From positions 68,152 through 132,151 of the forward strand of contig JAJDAZ010000010.1 of assembly GCA_029261595.1 (NCBI GenBank): 64,000 bases of DNA, read 5' to 3'. Positions 63,172-64,000 of this stretch are shown in pieces. This stretch comes from Nitrospinaceae bacterium (GTDB taxonomy: Bacteria > Nitrospinota > Nitrospinia > Nitrospinales > VA-1). The position numbers were made by a program, and so were the translations under genes. Each line of letters opens with the position of its first letter. The first letter of the stretch is position 1. The notes beneath the pieces are model-generated. The model saw only the letters and a program-made list of their open reading frames with translations. It was not told where the DNA came from and did no database searches.

Positions 63172-64000
63172 TGAAATACCCGAACTCCCTTATATACCTG
63201 TCGTTGTCCCGCCAGTGGCTTTTCACTTTCACGAAAAGGTTTAGATACACTTTGATGGCAAAACGTTTCTCAATTTCTTTGCGCGCCAGAGATCCCACTT
63301 TCTTGAGCATGGCGCCTTTTTCTCCGATCAATATTTTTTTTTGCGAGTCCTTCTCGGTATAGACCGTCGCGTCAATGACCAGAACGTCCGATTTACTTTC
63401 CTCGACCTTTTCCACCACCACCGCCACCGCGTAGGGAACTTCAAAATGCGTCTGGTGGATGATTTTTTCCCGGATGATCTCGGCGATCAAAAAATCCTCC
63501 GGGCAATCGGTGATCATGGTTTCGGGGAAATATTGCGGCCCTTCCGGTAAGTACTTAAGAATTAGAGGCGTAAGAAGGTCCAATCCGTCTCTTTTTAACG
63601 CTGAAATTGGAATGATTTCTTCAAATAAGGACCTCTTATGCATCGCACCCATCAACCCAAGAAGGTCCGCTTTGGGAACCAGGTCGATCTTGTTGAGGAT
63701 AAGAATTTTTGCCGTGGTCACGTTTTGCATCGACTGCAGGACATATTCGTCTTCCGGACTGAACCCCCTGCTCGCGTCGATCAGAAACAAAATCAAATCG
63801 ACATCATTGTAAGTGCTGAAACTGGCTTTGACCATAACCCGGTTCAGTTTTGTGTTCGACTCATGAATCCCCGGCGTGTCCACCAACACAATCTGGCCAC
63901 CGGGAAGATGCACCACTCCGGTGATCTTGTTGCGGGTGGTTTGCGGTTTGGCAGACATCGCCGCTATTTTCCGGGCCACCAGACGGTTGAGCAGAGTGGA
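63164..64000 (-). CDS. era: GTPase Era (5' end runs off the window)
   Basis: The frame stays open to nt 64000 (...STLLNRLVARKIAAMSAKPQTTRNKITGV...DTPGIHE...NKIDL... and a KH domain). The GTG at 63979 in the ORF track is internal. The 3' end overlaps the map start by 8 nt. Confidence 0.9.
   Translation of the reverse strand, partial: STLLNRLVARKIAAMSAKPQTTRNKITGVVHLPGGQIVLVDTPGIHESNTKLNRVMVKASFSTYNDVDLILFLIDASRGFSPEDEYVLQSMQNVTTAKILILNKIDLVPKADLLGLMGAMHKRSLFEEIIPISALKRDGLDLLTPLILKYLPEGPQYFPETMITDCPEDFLIAEIIREKIIHQTHFEVPYAVAVVVEKVEESKSDVLVIDATVYTEKDSQKKILIGEKGAMLKKVGSLARKEIEKRFAIKVYLNLFVKVKSHWRDNDRYIREFGYFND

Noticed and set aside
1-64000. A search for rRNA, tRNA, CRISPR arrays, IS elements, transposases, integrases, prophage genes, and for a serine palmitoyltransferase (AONS-family) gene.
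   Set aside because: I recognised none in any intergenic region or ORF translation. The only PLP enzyme is BioA (class III aminotransferase), which is not an AONS-family condensing enzyme.

Overview
This is a compact, gene-dense chromosomal segment of roughly mid-40s to 50% GC, judged by eye. It comes from a Gram-negative-type bacterium, as shown by LptF/G, an OM porin-like barrel and an AsmA-like protein; I cannot assign the phylum. I saw no rRNA, tRNA, CRISPR array, transposase or integrase. About 55 CDS are supportable. Housekeeping and regulatory genes include an NtrY-like kinase, a CHASE2 adenylate/guanylate cyclase, LptF/G, a Kef-type antiporter, bioA, fur, bfr, map and era (5'-truncated at the window edge). 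The outstanding region is a ~23 kb lipid/glycolipid island (about 14.0-36.7 kb). It centres on a 2566-aa FAS-like fully reducing type I PKS (KS-AT-DH-MT-like-ER-KR-ACP) with no release domain. Around it sit a PgsA1-like CDP-alcohol phosphatidyltransferase and a tandem-GNAT acyltransferase. The island also holds three eukaryote-type sphingolipid enzymes: a DEGS/Des1-like delta-4 desaturase, an FA2H/Scs7-like hydroxylase and an Aur1/Ipt1-like inositolphosphotransferase. A polyprenol-P-mannose synthase, two GT-C membrane glycosyltransferases, a GT4, a flippase-like protein and a secreted START protein complete it. My main hypothesis is a glycosyl-inositol-phospho-ceramide-like or PIM/GPI-like pathway. 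No serine palmitoyltransferase, ceramide synthase or inositol-phosphate synthase is visible in the window. Other notable items are a putative Fur-controlled iron neighbourhood (57-62 kb), a second glycosyltransferase trio whose first gene lacks a canonical start codon, a tandem c-heme DUF3365 protein and a QueD-like protein lacking its catalytic Cys.
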